Part shown: piece by piece, positions 15,517 to 24,023 of the stretch | Layout of the letters: each line of letters starts with the position of its first letter | Position numbering within the stretch: position 1 is the stretch's first letter | IMG/VR virus record: IMGVR_UViG_3300025849_000018 | Location: 1-64,000 of that record | DNA length: 64,000 bases | Strand: one strand, 5' to 3' | DNA from: a virus | Position numbers and translations under genes: made by a program | The notes under the pieces: model-generated | Database searches by the model: none | What the model was told of the DNA's origin: nothing | What the model saw: only the letters and a program-made list of their open reading frames with translations

Positions 15517-15911
15517 CGTTTTTTACCAATATTATATTTTGTTATCAAATCCCAGTCCATCTTGTCTCTGTGTGCGATGATTTTAATTTGATTTAATTTT
15601 ACTAAGGGTTCTGCGATTGATGACGGGTCAACAATATCAATGAGTTCCCAATCCGAGAGAAGTTGAATGATTGTGTTCCTTCTTCCTCTATCGTCATCAG
15701 AAAAATTGGTTGGTTTACCATCCAAAGCAAACAGTTCTTTGAAGTGTGTGATGTAATACTTGCCGCGTTTGTGAAGTATATGGCAAGACTGATAGAGTTT
15801 TTTTTCTTTAGGTGAAACAATACCTATGCGTGTAAGTGTCTCTCTGACTTTCAGAAAATCATCTTCGCTTTTAAGTACCACTTCAATTAATGAGTCCACT
15901 ATGTTTTTCAT
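15513..15911 (-). CDS. regA: Translational repressor RegA
   Basis: DDFLKVRETLTRIGI, LYQSCHILHKRGKYYI.HFKELFALDGK. Confidence 0.98.
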   Translation of the reverse strand: MKNIVDSLIEVVLKSEDDFLKVRETLTRIGIVSPKEKKLYQSCHILHKRGKYYITHFKELFALDGKPTNFSDDDRGRRNTIIQLLSDWELIDIVDPSSIAEPLVKLNQIKIIAHRDKMDWDLITKYNIGKKR

Positions 15912-16297
15912 GTACCACCCTTTTCTAATTTACTTTTTATTGTTTTTATTTCAAACTCAGAAAGTATGCTTAGGGCTTGTAGTGTCTTATGATTGTTGTA
16001 TCCATAATACTCTTTGACCGATGCAAAGTCATCACTTTCCGTGGGTTTGAACCACTTAGAAAATCTCTTCCTTTTACGAATGCCGTGTAACAAAAACTCA
16101 TACTGGAGTTTATTGTCTAACTCATGAAGTCGATTCATTTCGTTCGCATGGACAATCGTATCGTAAAAATAAGATAATCCCCGATTCACCATAAAGGGAT
16201 TATAATCTTTTTCAGCGAGATCGTCGTTCTCGCTATCTCGCATCATGTTTTTCTTTATTGTGTTGATAGAGTTCAGATAATCAAATGGGTTGCTCAC
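15908..16297 (-). CDS. gp62: Clamp loader small subunit
   Basis: PFDYLNSI, YNPFMVNRGLS, K.YYGY...K; position between gp44 and regA; GTG start. Confidence 0.93.
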   Translation of the reverse strand: MSNPFDYLNSINTIKKNMMRDSENDDLAEKDYNPFMVNRGLSYFYDTIVHANEMNRLHELDNKLQYEFLLHGIRKRKRFSKWFKPTESDDFASVKEYYGYNNHKTLQALSILSEFEIKTIKSKLEKGGT

Positions 16298-16427
16298 GGT
16301 TAACTCTCTCCTCAATCACGGCGAGTAATGTTTCACACTCGTCACATATTAGTATTTCACCATCAGTGACAACTACTTTAGCAGGGTTATCACCAAGTTC
16401 ATTTTCTTTACAAACATTGCATAACAT
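16281..16427 (-). CDS. Small zinc-finger-like protein
   Basis: CNVC...CDEC. Confidence 0.6.
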   Translation of the reverse strand: MLCNVCKENELGDNPAKVVVTDGEILICDECETLLAVIEERVNREQPI

Positions 16428-16435
16428 AGTTTTAT

Positions 16436-17374
16436 TTATCTGAACTGTAAGTTCGCCATACATTCAACAAGGCAGGCCGTCAGATTTATTTCGTGGTCGG
16501 CGACGAATGCTGCCTTGTATTGATAGTCACCGAGGATTAGTACCAGTTCAGGAATACTATTGGTCTCAACGAAGTCACTGGACTTATCATATATCTTCCG
16601 AAAGATATCAGCAGCTTCAGCGTCAGAGTTCTCAGCAACCCATTTACGGACTTCGGTGAAGTTTTTATCTTTGAGAGACTTGACAAGTTTAGATAGAGAC
16701 ACCTCTTGAACATTGGAAAGAATGCCTGTGTCAATAGTTCCAGATACACTGTATCTCTGTAACTCATTTAGGATTCGTCGATTGTCTGGAAAATATTTCT
16801 TCACAACTTCAACGACAACTGATTTGTCAAAAGTAATATTTTCTTTGGTTAAAATCATACAGGCGCGTTTAAACATTTGTGCCGCAAGTTCCAACCTTTC
16901 TTTCTTGTCTAACTTAAAGTCTATCACCGAACACCGAGAATGTAGTGGTTCAATGATTCGATTCTTAAAGTTACAAGTCAGAATGAATCCGCAGTTCTTA
17001 GAGTATTCCTCCATGAAGTTGCGAAGAGCAGGTTGAGTTGAGTTTGGATTCAGATAATCTGCCTCATCAAGGATGACATACTTGCGGCCGCCTTGTAGTG
17101 AGACTGAAGAAGCAAACTGTTGAATATAGTTTCGAAGTGTATCAATGTTGCCGTTCATAGAACCATTGATCACGATATAGTCACATTCAAGTTCTTCAAG
17201 CATCGCCCGAGCGATTGTAGTTTTACCTACACCTGCTGAACCTGATAAAATTAGATTGGGTATGTTTCCCTGAGTTACAAACTGTTGAAAGGTTTGTTTG
17301 AGTTCATCAGGAAGGATAGTTTCGTCAACTGTTTTCGGCCGAAATTGCTCGACCCATAGGAAGTCATCACGCAT
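16436..17374 (-). CDS. gp44: Clamp loader large subunit (AAA+)
   Basis: LWVE..RP, Walker A GSAGVGKT, Walker B ILDEAD, SRC. Confidence 0.98.
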   Translation of the reverse strand: MRDDFLWVEQFRPKTVDETILPDELKQTFQQFVTQGNIPNLILSGSAGVGKTTIARAMLEELECDYIVINGSMNGNIDTLRNYIQQFASSVSLQGGRKYVILDEADYLNPNSTQPALRNFMEEYSKNCGFILTCNFKNRIIEPLHSRCSVIDFKLDKKERLELAAQMFKRACMILTKENITFDKSVVVEVVKKYFPDNRRILNELQRYSVSGTIDTGILSNVQEVSLSKLVKSLKDKNFTEVRKWVAENSDAEAADIFRKIYDKSSDFVETNSIPELVLILGDYQYKAAFVADHEINLTACLVECMANLQFR

Positions 17375-17408
17375 AATATACTCATTTCATTCACAAAGAT
17401 ACATAAAG

Positions 17409-17476
17409 TGGAGCGGCGCCAAGGAATTTAACCTTGCTAATCTCACTGGACGCGAGATTTGTCACAGACTCGCCGC
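17409..17476 (-). ncRNA. Non-canonical tRNA-Gly(UCC)-like RNA
   Basis: GCGGCG/CGCCGC-U-CCA acceptor, vestigial D arm GTC-TGT-GAC, 7-bp stem with loop CG-TCC-AG, T arm CAAGG-TTAAATT-CCTTG; 68 nt. Confidence 0.75.
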
Positions 17477-17482
17477 AATAGT

Positions 17483-17505
17483 AAAAGGGGGCATTGCGCC
17501 CCCTT
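17483..17505 (-). terminator. Intrinsic terminator-like hairpin
   Basis: AAGGGGGC-GCAAT-GCCCCCTTTT. Confidence 0.7.
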
Positions 17506-17511
17506 AATCAT

Positions 17512-17769
17512 TTATACAAGGCCTTGAGCAAGTGCCTTGTAACCCGCCGCAACTACTGATCGAGACGCGGTGCCGAGACGATATGTTGAGACGCGAGCGC
17601 GTCCTCGTGAATCGGTGCCACCGTTATTTAGATAGATAGGAAAACCTTCTTGACGAAGAGTGTTAACTACCGCTGTTGGATTTGCTGCGCCGAATCGGGC
17701 AGAAATCTGCTTTGATGATAATACTTCACCGTTGGTTAAAGCGTTTAGTACTCGCCGTTTTTGTGTCAT
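17512..17769 (-). CDS. Small winged helix-turn-helix protein
   Basis: LSSKQISARFG..NP.A.V..LR.EG.PIY.N; SD GGAG; own promoter. Confidence 0.85.
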   Translation of the reverse strand: MTQKRRVLNALTNGEVLSSKQISARFGAANPTAVVNTLRQEGFPIYLNNGGTDSRGRARVSTYRLGTASRSVVAAGYKALAQGLV

Positions 17770-17822
17770 AATGTTACTCCATTTTTAGTTTCATAATCAG
17801 AATCATTTGCGATTCTTTTACC

Positions 17823-17851
17823 ATAGTAACAGATCATTGCTGATATGTCAA
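17823..17851 (-). promoter_or_regulatory. sigma70-type promoter
   Basis: TTGACA-N17-TACTAT. Confidence 0.75.
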
Positions 17852-17939
17852 TATATTTTTAGAAATGTACTGTTGCCCCGTCCCTTCGCGCCAGTACCGG
17901 CAATATGTCATATCTGTGCGACATTGCCCCCATTTGTAC

Positions 17940-18596
17940 TTAATTAAAAGTAGAGTTGCTCTCAATGCTAACCCAATATTCAATGTCAGTTGACTTAAAG
18001 TTTGCTATACTCTGAGAAGATATGCTTACCTTATAGTTATCACTCAACAGTTTCAGGTTCTCAGTCTTAAACACAGCGACAAACTCTTTATCAGTTTCTC
18101 CCACGGTGATGTCGTATTTATCAGAAGTTGGATTTTTGGTATCCAGTGCGCGAAGAAGTATTTCTCCACCTTCACCAATGACTGCCAGTTCAGGCAATGA
18201 TAGAATGCCAATCGCCTTCATCACTTCATCAAGGTTATCTTGAGTAAGATCAAATTGTATATCGAAATTATCAACTTCAATTTCCTTGTTTGGAGGAACA
18301 ACGATTGTACTTGGATCAGCGTATGTATAACTAACAGAACGGCCCTCGGACTGAATGCGTATCTTTCTCTCTTCAAGTTGAAAGGTTGGATCCGCGAACA
18401 TTGATGAGATACCTAACAGTCGAGATAAATCGTAGATAGCAAAGTCACCATCAACCACATCTTCAAGGTTTGCTTTTGCCAACATCGTCCTGTTAGGCGA
18501 AATGGTTCGTAGTGTTTGACCTTCATTAAACTGAATGGAAGGATTGATTGTCGCAAAATTGCGAAGTACTTGCGTTGTGCGAGTGCCAAATTTCAT
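17940..18596 (-). CDS. gp45: Sliding clamp
   Basis: LRNFATINPSI, FAIYDL, Y.YADPS.I..P; size and context. Confidence 0.96.
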   Translation of the reverse strand: MKFGTRTTQVLRNFATINPSIQFNEGQTLRTISPNRTMLAKANLEDVVDGDFAIYDLSRLLGISSMFADPTFQLEERKIRIQSEGRSVSYTYADPSTIVVPPNKEIEVDNFDIQFDLTQDNLDEVMKAIGILSLPELAVIGEGGEILLRALDTKNPTSDKYDITVGETDKEFVAVFKTENLKLLSDNYKVSISSQSIANFKSTDIEYWVSIESNSTFN

Positions 18597-18611
18597 AATA
18601 TATTTCTCCGA

Positions 18612-19574
18612 TTACTTCTTTTTACCAAGTTTTGATGGGTCAGCAGTTGCCGCCGCACCGACAGAGGCGAGATGCGCGAGCGATCCACCAAATATGTAAG
18701 AACCAACATGTTTCAGTTCCATCCAAGGGCACAGCCAAACTTTCATACCCATTCGTTGTACGTTGTAACAGAACATATAATCTTCAGATAAGTATCTGTT
18801 GGAATATTCCTTACGATCTATACCATAACGTTTATCGGCGAGAAAGTCAATAACTTCTTCTTTTGTAGGCGATTTATTTTTCTCATAGAATGCGGTGATC
18901 TCAGGTACAAGGTTCTGTGACTTGTCATCAATGAGTGCGTCAAAGTATGCCATGATCTCCCGCGTACCATCAAAGTTAGCAGTGCGAACATGATCTGGTT
19001 TGTAATAGAACTGTGGGTATGCTTCAGCATATGCCTCAAATGTTCTTCGTTGAATCATCATAAACCCTGTGCCGCCTTCTAATACTTCACAAGGTTCACC
19101 GATCTTAATGTTATTGCCTCCTGTTTTAGGATTGAATACATAGTCACCGACATAGTTCTCAAGTTGATTCGGATCATCATCAGCAGCACCGCGATCAACA
19201 GCAGCCTTAATCTTTTCCCAAGAGATAGTCTTTTTAGGATAAGGTCCACAGAGAACATTATAGTCTTCGTTCTGAACAGACATAGCTAACAACGCAATCA
19301 CATCATTGGCATTGAAACCAATATCGGAATCAATGAACATCATGTGAGTGCAATCGCTTCGCATAAACTCGTCGGCGCAATAGTTTCTTGCGCGAGTGAC
19401 CAGAGACTCGTTGAATAAGAAGTAAAACTGTAGTGGTATTTGATATTTCGCACACAACCCGGTCAAGTCCGCGATTGACCGAGTGAACATGCCGGCGCAT
19501 TGTCCTCCGTACATAGGTACAGCAAGAAATATTTTTTGATTTCTTAGTTCTTCAACTGGTACATTAATTTCCAT
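18612..19574 (-). CDS. GT-A-fold glycosyltransferase-like protein
   Basis: A.PMYGG, NESLVTRARN, FIDSDI, GTGFMMI, YLSEDY.FC, L.HVG. Confidence 0.8.
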   Translation of the reverse strand: MEINVPVEELRNQKIFLAVPMYGGQCAGMFTRSIADLTGLCAKYQIPLQFYFLFNESLVTRARNYCADEFMRSDCTHMMFIDSDIGFNANDVIALLAMSVQNEDYNVLCGPYPKKTISWEKIKAAVDRGAADDDPNQLENYVGDYVFNPKTGGNNIKIGEPCEVLEGGTGFMMIQRRTFEAYAEAYPQFYYKPDHVRTANFDGTREIMAYFDALIDDKSQNLVPEITAFYEKNKSPTKEEVIDFLADKRYGIDRKEYSNRYLSEDYMFCYNVQRMGMKVWLCPWMELKHVGSYIFGGSLAHLASVGAAATADPSKLGKKK

Positions 19575-20109
19575 GTATCGTTCCTTGTAGAGATTTTATA
19601 AGTTTATCTTGTTTCTTCAGCTTTCGCTTAATCATTTTGGTTTTGTGTTTTGCCTTTTCAAGATTATATTTGCTCGCACGAGTCAGATACATGTTGCCAT
19701 CTAAATGATCGATCTCGTGTTGAAAGGCTCTTGAAACAACACCATCAAATCCGTGGGTTCGTATTTCGTTATGTTCGTCTACGAACCTCGCTCTTATAAT
19801 TTCTGATCTTCTTATTCTAACAAACAGAAGAGGGAATGTCAAGCAAGTTTCATTCATTACTGCCGATTCTTCTGAATAATATGTAATCTTTGGATTAAAA
19901 CATATCATTACAGGATCGGTGTTGATAGCAAACACTCTATAAGGAAGTCCGATCTGATTCGCAGAAAGTCCTACACCTTTCCAATCGCCAAGAGCGGTCT
20001 TCAGTTTTTCTGCTATCTCTACAGGGTCTTCGGGAGGATTATTGAAATCGAAAGTTTCAATCTTCGTGTGAAGGTGGGGATGGTTCGGTTTCAGGAGTTT
20101 CATAGTCAT
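19564..20109 (-). CDS. def: Peptide deformylase
   Basis: GVGLSANQIG, ETCLT (EGCLS-like), QHEIDHLDG. Confidence 0.93.
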   Translation of the reverse strand: MTMKLLKPNHPHLHTKIETFDFNNPPEDPVEIAEKLKTALGDWKGVGLSANQIGLPYRVFAINTDPVMICFNPKITYYSEESAVMNETCLTFPLLFVRIRRSEIIRARFVDEHNEIRTHGFDGVVSRAFQHEIDHLDGNMYLTRASKYNLEKAKHKTKMIKRKLKKQDKLIKSLQGTIHGN

Positions 20110-20302
20110 ACGGAGTATCTACCTCAATTATTTTAAATTCATCATCATTCTTTTTCAGTTCTTTGCGGGCATAATGCGCCGCCATGTCTTCTTCCATAAA
20201 CAATTTCAAGAATTTCTTAGTGCGACTCATATTGAGATCAAGCACATCGAAGTAACGATCTTGACTCTGTTCGCGTATAGTAGTAACAATTTTGTATGGC
20301 AT
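20057..20302 (-). CDS. Hypothetical protein
   Basis: SD GAGG; fills gp46-def gap. Confidence 0.65.
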   Translation of the reverse strand: MPYKIVTTIREQSQDRYFDVLDLNMSRTKKFLKLFMEEDMAAHYARKELKKNDDEFKIIEVDTPYDYETPETEPSPPSHED

Positions 20303-20313
20303 TATATAATCCT

Positions 20314-22026
20314 CTAAGCGGCAATTTGAGAAAAATTCTTATTCTTCTCGAACCTAATATTAGAATGAAATTTATCAAACAGCGCATCTCCATGATGGCT
20401 GATGACAAACACATTGGTGTCTTTGTTCAGGTCAGTTATGATCTTTAAAAATTCTTCTGTACCTGTTGTATCTAAACTACTGTCAAATACTTCATCCATA
20501 ATGAGTAGATTTGTTGTTGAGGAGTTACGCAATTTGGCCACCGCTCTCCAAGTGAATAACAATGCCAAATCAATCCTCATCTTCTCACCTTCTGAAAATG
20601 ATTCATATGTAAACTCATCTCTAAATCGCGACTTAATTTTCTCGTTAAAGTTTTCATCAAGTTCAAACTGAACAAAGAAGTCCATCATCGCGAGATATTT
20701 ATTCATCAGTTTATTAATGACCGGAACATATTGCCGAACAATTTTTGTTTTGATGCCGCCATCCTTCAATAGAGAATAGGCAATATCATACTGTTCTTTC
20801 AGTTGAATAAACTCTCTCTGTTGTTTGGTAGAGTCACTAAGATCGTCCTTAAGCGCGTCTAAGTCATCAGATGAGGTATCTAGTGTGTCACTTACTTCCT
20901 CCTGTAACTTTGTCTGGTAGTCGTTTACAGTGCGCCTGGCGTGACTTAAACTACTGGTTAGTGATATGATTTCGTTGTTGAGTTTCGATATTTTTTCCTG
21001 TGTTTGAGAGATTTCTCCCAGACGATCATTGATAGACTTATACTCATCAGCGGCAAGAATCAGTCCGTCCTCAAGTTCGCTCTTTTTCATTCGTTGCTTT
21101 TCAACATGACCTTCAACGAACGCAGAGTCCAAATCCTGTTTACAAGTAGGACACTCATCGTTGTTACAGAAAAAGTCTATGTCTTTCTGTAAGGATGATA
21201 CCTTATGTTTGAGTTGATAACTATACTTGTCCATCTTCTTGATTTTATTATCAAGAGAAGTTTTATCATTAATTGTTTCCTGGAGTTTTATCTGTTGATG
21301 TTGCGTCAACTCCAATAAAATAGTTATTTCCTGAGTCTCCGCCACGATTTCTTTAATCTTTTCTTCTATAGACTCTCGATTTATTCTCTTCAATGATTGA
21401 ACTTCATTTAAGTGCTTGTGTGTGAGATGTATCTTTTGTTCAAGCAGTTCAATCTTTTGTTTGAGTTCAATCAGTTGGTCTTTATTCTTGGCGATCTTAT
21501 CTTTCAACAATATATGCATCTTCGTGAAGATTTCAATATCAAGCAGGTCTTCAATCACCGTTCGGCGTTCATGTGCCTTCAGTTGCATGAATGGTGTGAA
21601 GTTTGCAGAACCAATTACTACAATTTGACCGAACGACTTGTGATTTAGTTTGAGAATATTTTTCTCAAGATATTCTTGATACTCACGTATACTTGCATTC
21701 TGATCTATTAGAACATCATCGCAGAATATTTCAAACAACGCAGGTTTGATACCGCGGCGAATTAAATAAGATTTGTTCTTGACCAAGAACTCAATCTCAA
21801 CTAGGCAGTTCTTATTTGTGATACTGTTAATCAACTGTGGTTTGTTGATATTGCGATAAGGTTTACCATACAATGCAAACGAGATGGCATCCAACATTGT
21901 TGATTTACCGGCACCGTTATCACCTACAACCAAGGTAGAGGGTGATCGGTTAAGTTTTATTTCGGTAAATTGATTACCGGTGCTTAGAAAGTTTGACCAT
22001 CTTACGGTCTTAAAGTGTACACTCAT
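20314..22026 (-). CDS. gp46: Recombination endonuclease ATPase subunit (Rad50-like)
   Basis: GDNGAGKST, CPTC hook, FSEGE, IMDEVFD. Confidence 0.98.
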   Translation of the reverse strand: MSVHFKTVRWSNFLSTGNQFTEIKLNRSPSTLVVGDNGAGKSTMLDAISFALYGKPYRNINKPQLINSITNKNCLVEIEFLVKNKSYLIRRGIKPALFEIFCDDVLIDQNASIREYQEYLEKNILKLNHKSFGQIVVIGSANFTPFMQLKAHERRTVIEDLLDIEIFTKMHILLKDKIAKNKDQLIELKQKIELLEQKIHLTHKHLNEVQSLKRINRESIEEKIKEIVAETQEITILLELTQHQQIKLQETINDKTSLDNKIKKMDKYSYQLKHKVSSLQKDIDFFCNNDECPTCKQDLDSAFVEGHVEKQRMKKSELEDGLILAADEYKSINDRLGEISQTQEKISKLNNEIISLTSSLSHARRTVNDYQTKLQEEVSDTLDTSSDDLDALKDDLSDSTKQQREFIQLKEQYDIAYSLLKDGGIKTKIVRQYVPVINKLMNKYLAMMDFFVQFELDENFNEKIKSRFRDEFTYESFSEGEKMRIDLALLFTWRAVAKLRNSSTTNLLIMDEVFDSSLDTTGTEEFLKIITDLNKDTNVFVISHHGDALFDKFHSNIRFEKNKNFSQIAA

Positions 22027-23081
22027 TCAATACTCAATGCGTCATGGTATAAATCATAAAATAAATCTTCAATAGGTTTTGCATTATCTAAGTTGAGATT
22101 TCCAATATACTTCTTAATAATGGAGACAGTATCTTCCGCTTCATTAATTATGTCAGAATCATCCTCAATGTCAAGATTGAAGTTGTCTTCAACAATCTGT
22201 AAATGTGTCGGTAAGTTTAGGTTCAACTTATCTATGAACACATCAAACAGGTATGGATTGTTTTTTTGCTTGACCACAACCTTTACATATGTATTTTCAA
22301 GGTGAGAAAAATCTTGATCTAAAATTTCTTGCTCCGTTTTTTCAGTGTCATCATAGAACACCTTATAGAACATTCTATACGGATTCTTCACATATGTCAA
22401 GCTCTTTTCTTCAGTATCGAAAATATGAAATCCTCGATCGTCATTATAGTCTGACCAAGTCATCTCATACGGTGATCCGAGATAGTGTATGTTATCCTTC
22501 GAAGACTTATGGTGAAAGTGACCTGAACAAACAAGATCAAACTTTTCAAACACTTTATGTGAAAGTCCATGATCATTGACTGCGCCGCGATACATCTCAA
22601 AACCAGTAAGTTCTAGGTGCGACATCATGATAGTGGCATCTGTCTCATTCGCCATTGACATACACTTGTCATAGTTCTCATTGTTAATCCAAGGCATCAT
22701 GAGAATCTCGGTGTCATCAAAGGTGACTTCAGTCGGTGTATCATACACGCGCATGTTAGGATATTCACCGAGCAACAGTGAAGGCGCATTGACTCGGTTC
22801 GTATTCTTAAAGTAGATATCGTGGTTGCCTATGATACAATGTAACTCAATATTTCGTCTAACAATTTCGTCAAACCAATAATCACGGCAACGACCAAGAG
22901 TATCAAAATTAACATACTTCCGGCGATCGAATATGTCACCCAACTCAATAATGGTATCAATACCTTGTTCTTCAAGATATGGGAAAAAGAATTCTTTGTA
23001 GAACTTAGCAAAGAAGTCATGGAAGTGTAGTGAGTCATTTCGAACTCCAAAGTGTTGATCTGTGATTAGGGCAATTTTCAT
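22023..23081 (-). CDS. gp47: Recombination endonuclease nuclease subunit (Mre11-like)
   Basis: DQHFG, LGDIFD, GNHD, SGHFH. Confidence 0.98.
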   Translation of the reverse strand: MKIALITDQHFGVRNDSLHFHDFFAKFYKEFFFPYLEEQGIDTIIELGDIFDRRKYVNFDTLGRCRDYWFDEIVRRNIELHCIIGNHDIYFKNTNRVNAPSLLLGEYPNMRVYDTPTEVTFDDTEILMMPWINNENYDKCMSMANETDATIMMSHLELTGFEMYRGAVNDHGLSHKVFEKFDLVCSGHFHHKSSKDNIHYLGSPYEMTWSDYNDDRGFHIFDTEEKSLTYVKNPYRMFYKVFYDDTEKTEQEILDQDFSHLENTYVKVVVKQKNNPYLFDVFIDKLNLNLPTHLQIVEDNFNLDIEDDSDIINEAEDTVSIIKKYIGNLNLDNAKPIEDLFYDLYHDALSIE

Positions 23082-23087
23082 AATATA

Positions 23088-23603
23088 TTAGTCCTTAACA
23101 AATTTCTCGACCCCCTTAGGCGCGACATCTTTCTTCGGTTTTTTCTTCTCATACTTCTGTATGATTGGTTGCATCTTCTCATTCTGAATGTCAAAATTGG
23201 CGAACGGGTTTCCTTCTTCTTCTGACATATCACACTCAAGCATAAATGCCTCTAAAGATTTATATTTGATATAAGTTTGTTTCTTCTCTTTTTCAATGCG
23301 ACGAAGAAACGCATACCAAATAATTTGCGTGAAGTAAGCAAAAGGATTCTTAGATTTCTCAGGATTAAAACTATGGACTGCGTTCACACAGTTCTCAATC
23401 GCATCAGATACCATCTCGTCTTTGTAAGTGTAACCGACAAAGTTTCCTTTGTTTGAAAGTCTGGTAGAGATTAGAATAAATGCTTCACCTATCTTATTCG
23501 GTATCCTCGGCACCGGCTTATTTTCGGCCTTGGCAATTTCTGATGCCTCTTTGTATTCAATTAAGAGTTGATAGAATTCTTTGTTGTTAATATATTCCGC
23601 CAT
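23088..23603 (-). CDS. gp55: Late-transcription sigma factor
   Basis: Y.NNKEF, F.GYTYKDEM..DAIENC, NPFAYFTQI...AF.RRI.KEK. Confidence 0.97.
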   Translation of the reverse strand: MAEYINNKEFYQLLIEYKEASEIAKAENKPVPRIPNKIGEAFILISTRLSNKGNFVGYTYKDEMVSDAIENCVNAVHSFNPEKSKNPFAYFTQIIWYAFLRRIEKEKKQTYIKYKSLEAFMLECDMSEEEGNPFANFDIQNEKMQPIIQKYEKKKPKKDVAPKGVEKFVKD

Positions 23604-23612
23604 GTTACATTC

Positions 23613-24023
23613 CTATTGTATTGTCGTGTTGCTAGAGTACATTTCCAAGAGTGCTAAAAATGAGTCATCGTCTTTCTCGCTCCCAACATCATCAAATAAT
23701 GAAAATACATTTGATGTTTTTCCCTTGTTCTCAAAGGCCGCAAGATAGTCGGCTTTTATTTTCTCAATCACTTTTTCGTAATACTCAACAACATTGGGTA
23801 ACGGATCATTGAATATATGTAATACATTTTCATTGCTAAAGAAGACATTGAACTCGGCAACAAGAGCGCAATACTTCATGAGTGCTACTGTTGGTCGTCT
23901 ATCTTCATTCAGTGAATATCTTATTATACATGCGCCGCCAATGTCAATACCTCTTTCTGTAATTTCTAAGATTTCACCAATAATATCAGTGCCATCTTTC
24001 AATCTAACCATCGCATATTTCAT
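23613..24023 (-). CDS. Hypothetical protein (Sm-like N-terminus) between uvsW and gp55
   Basis: VRLKDGTDIIGEI; conserved position. Confidence 0.75.
   Translation of the reverse strand: MKYAMVRLKDGTDIIGEILEITERGIDIGGACIIRYSLNEDRRPTVALMKYCALVAEFNVFFSNENVLHIFNDPLPNVVEYYEKVIEKIKADYLAAFENKGKTSNVFSLFDDVGSEKDDDSFLALLEMYSSNTTIQ

Noticed and set aside
17867-17931. HDV-like (theta) or hammerhead ribozyme
   Set aside because: No P2/P3/P1.1 partners could be assigned and there is no CUGAUGA core
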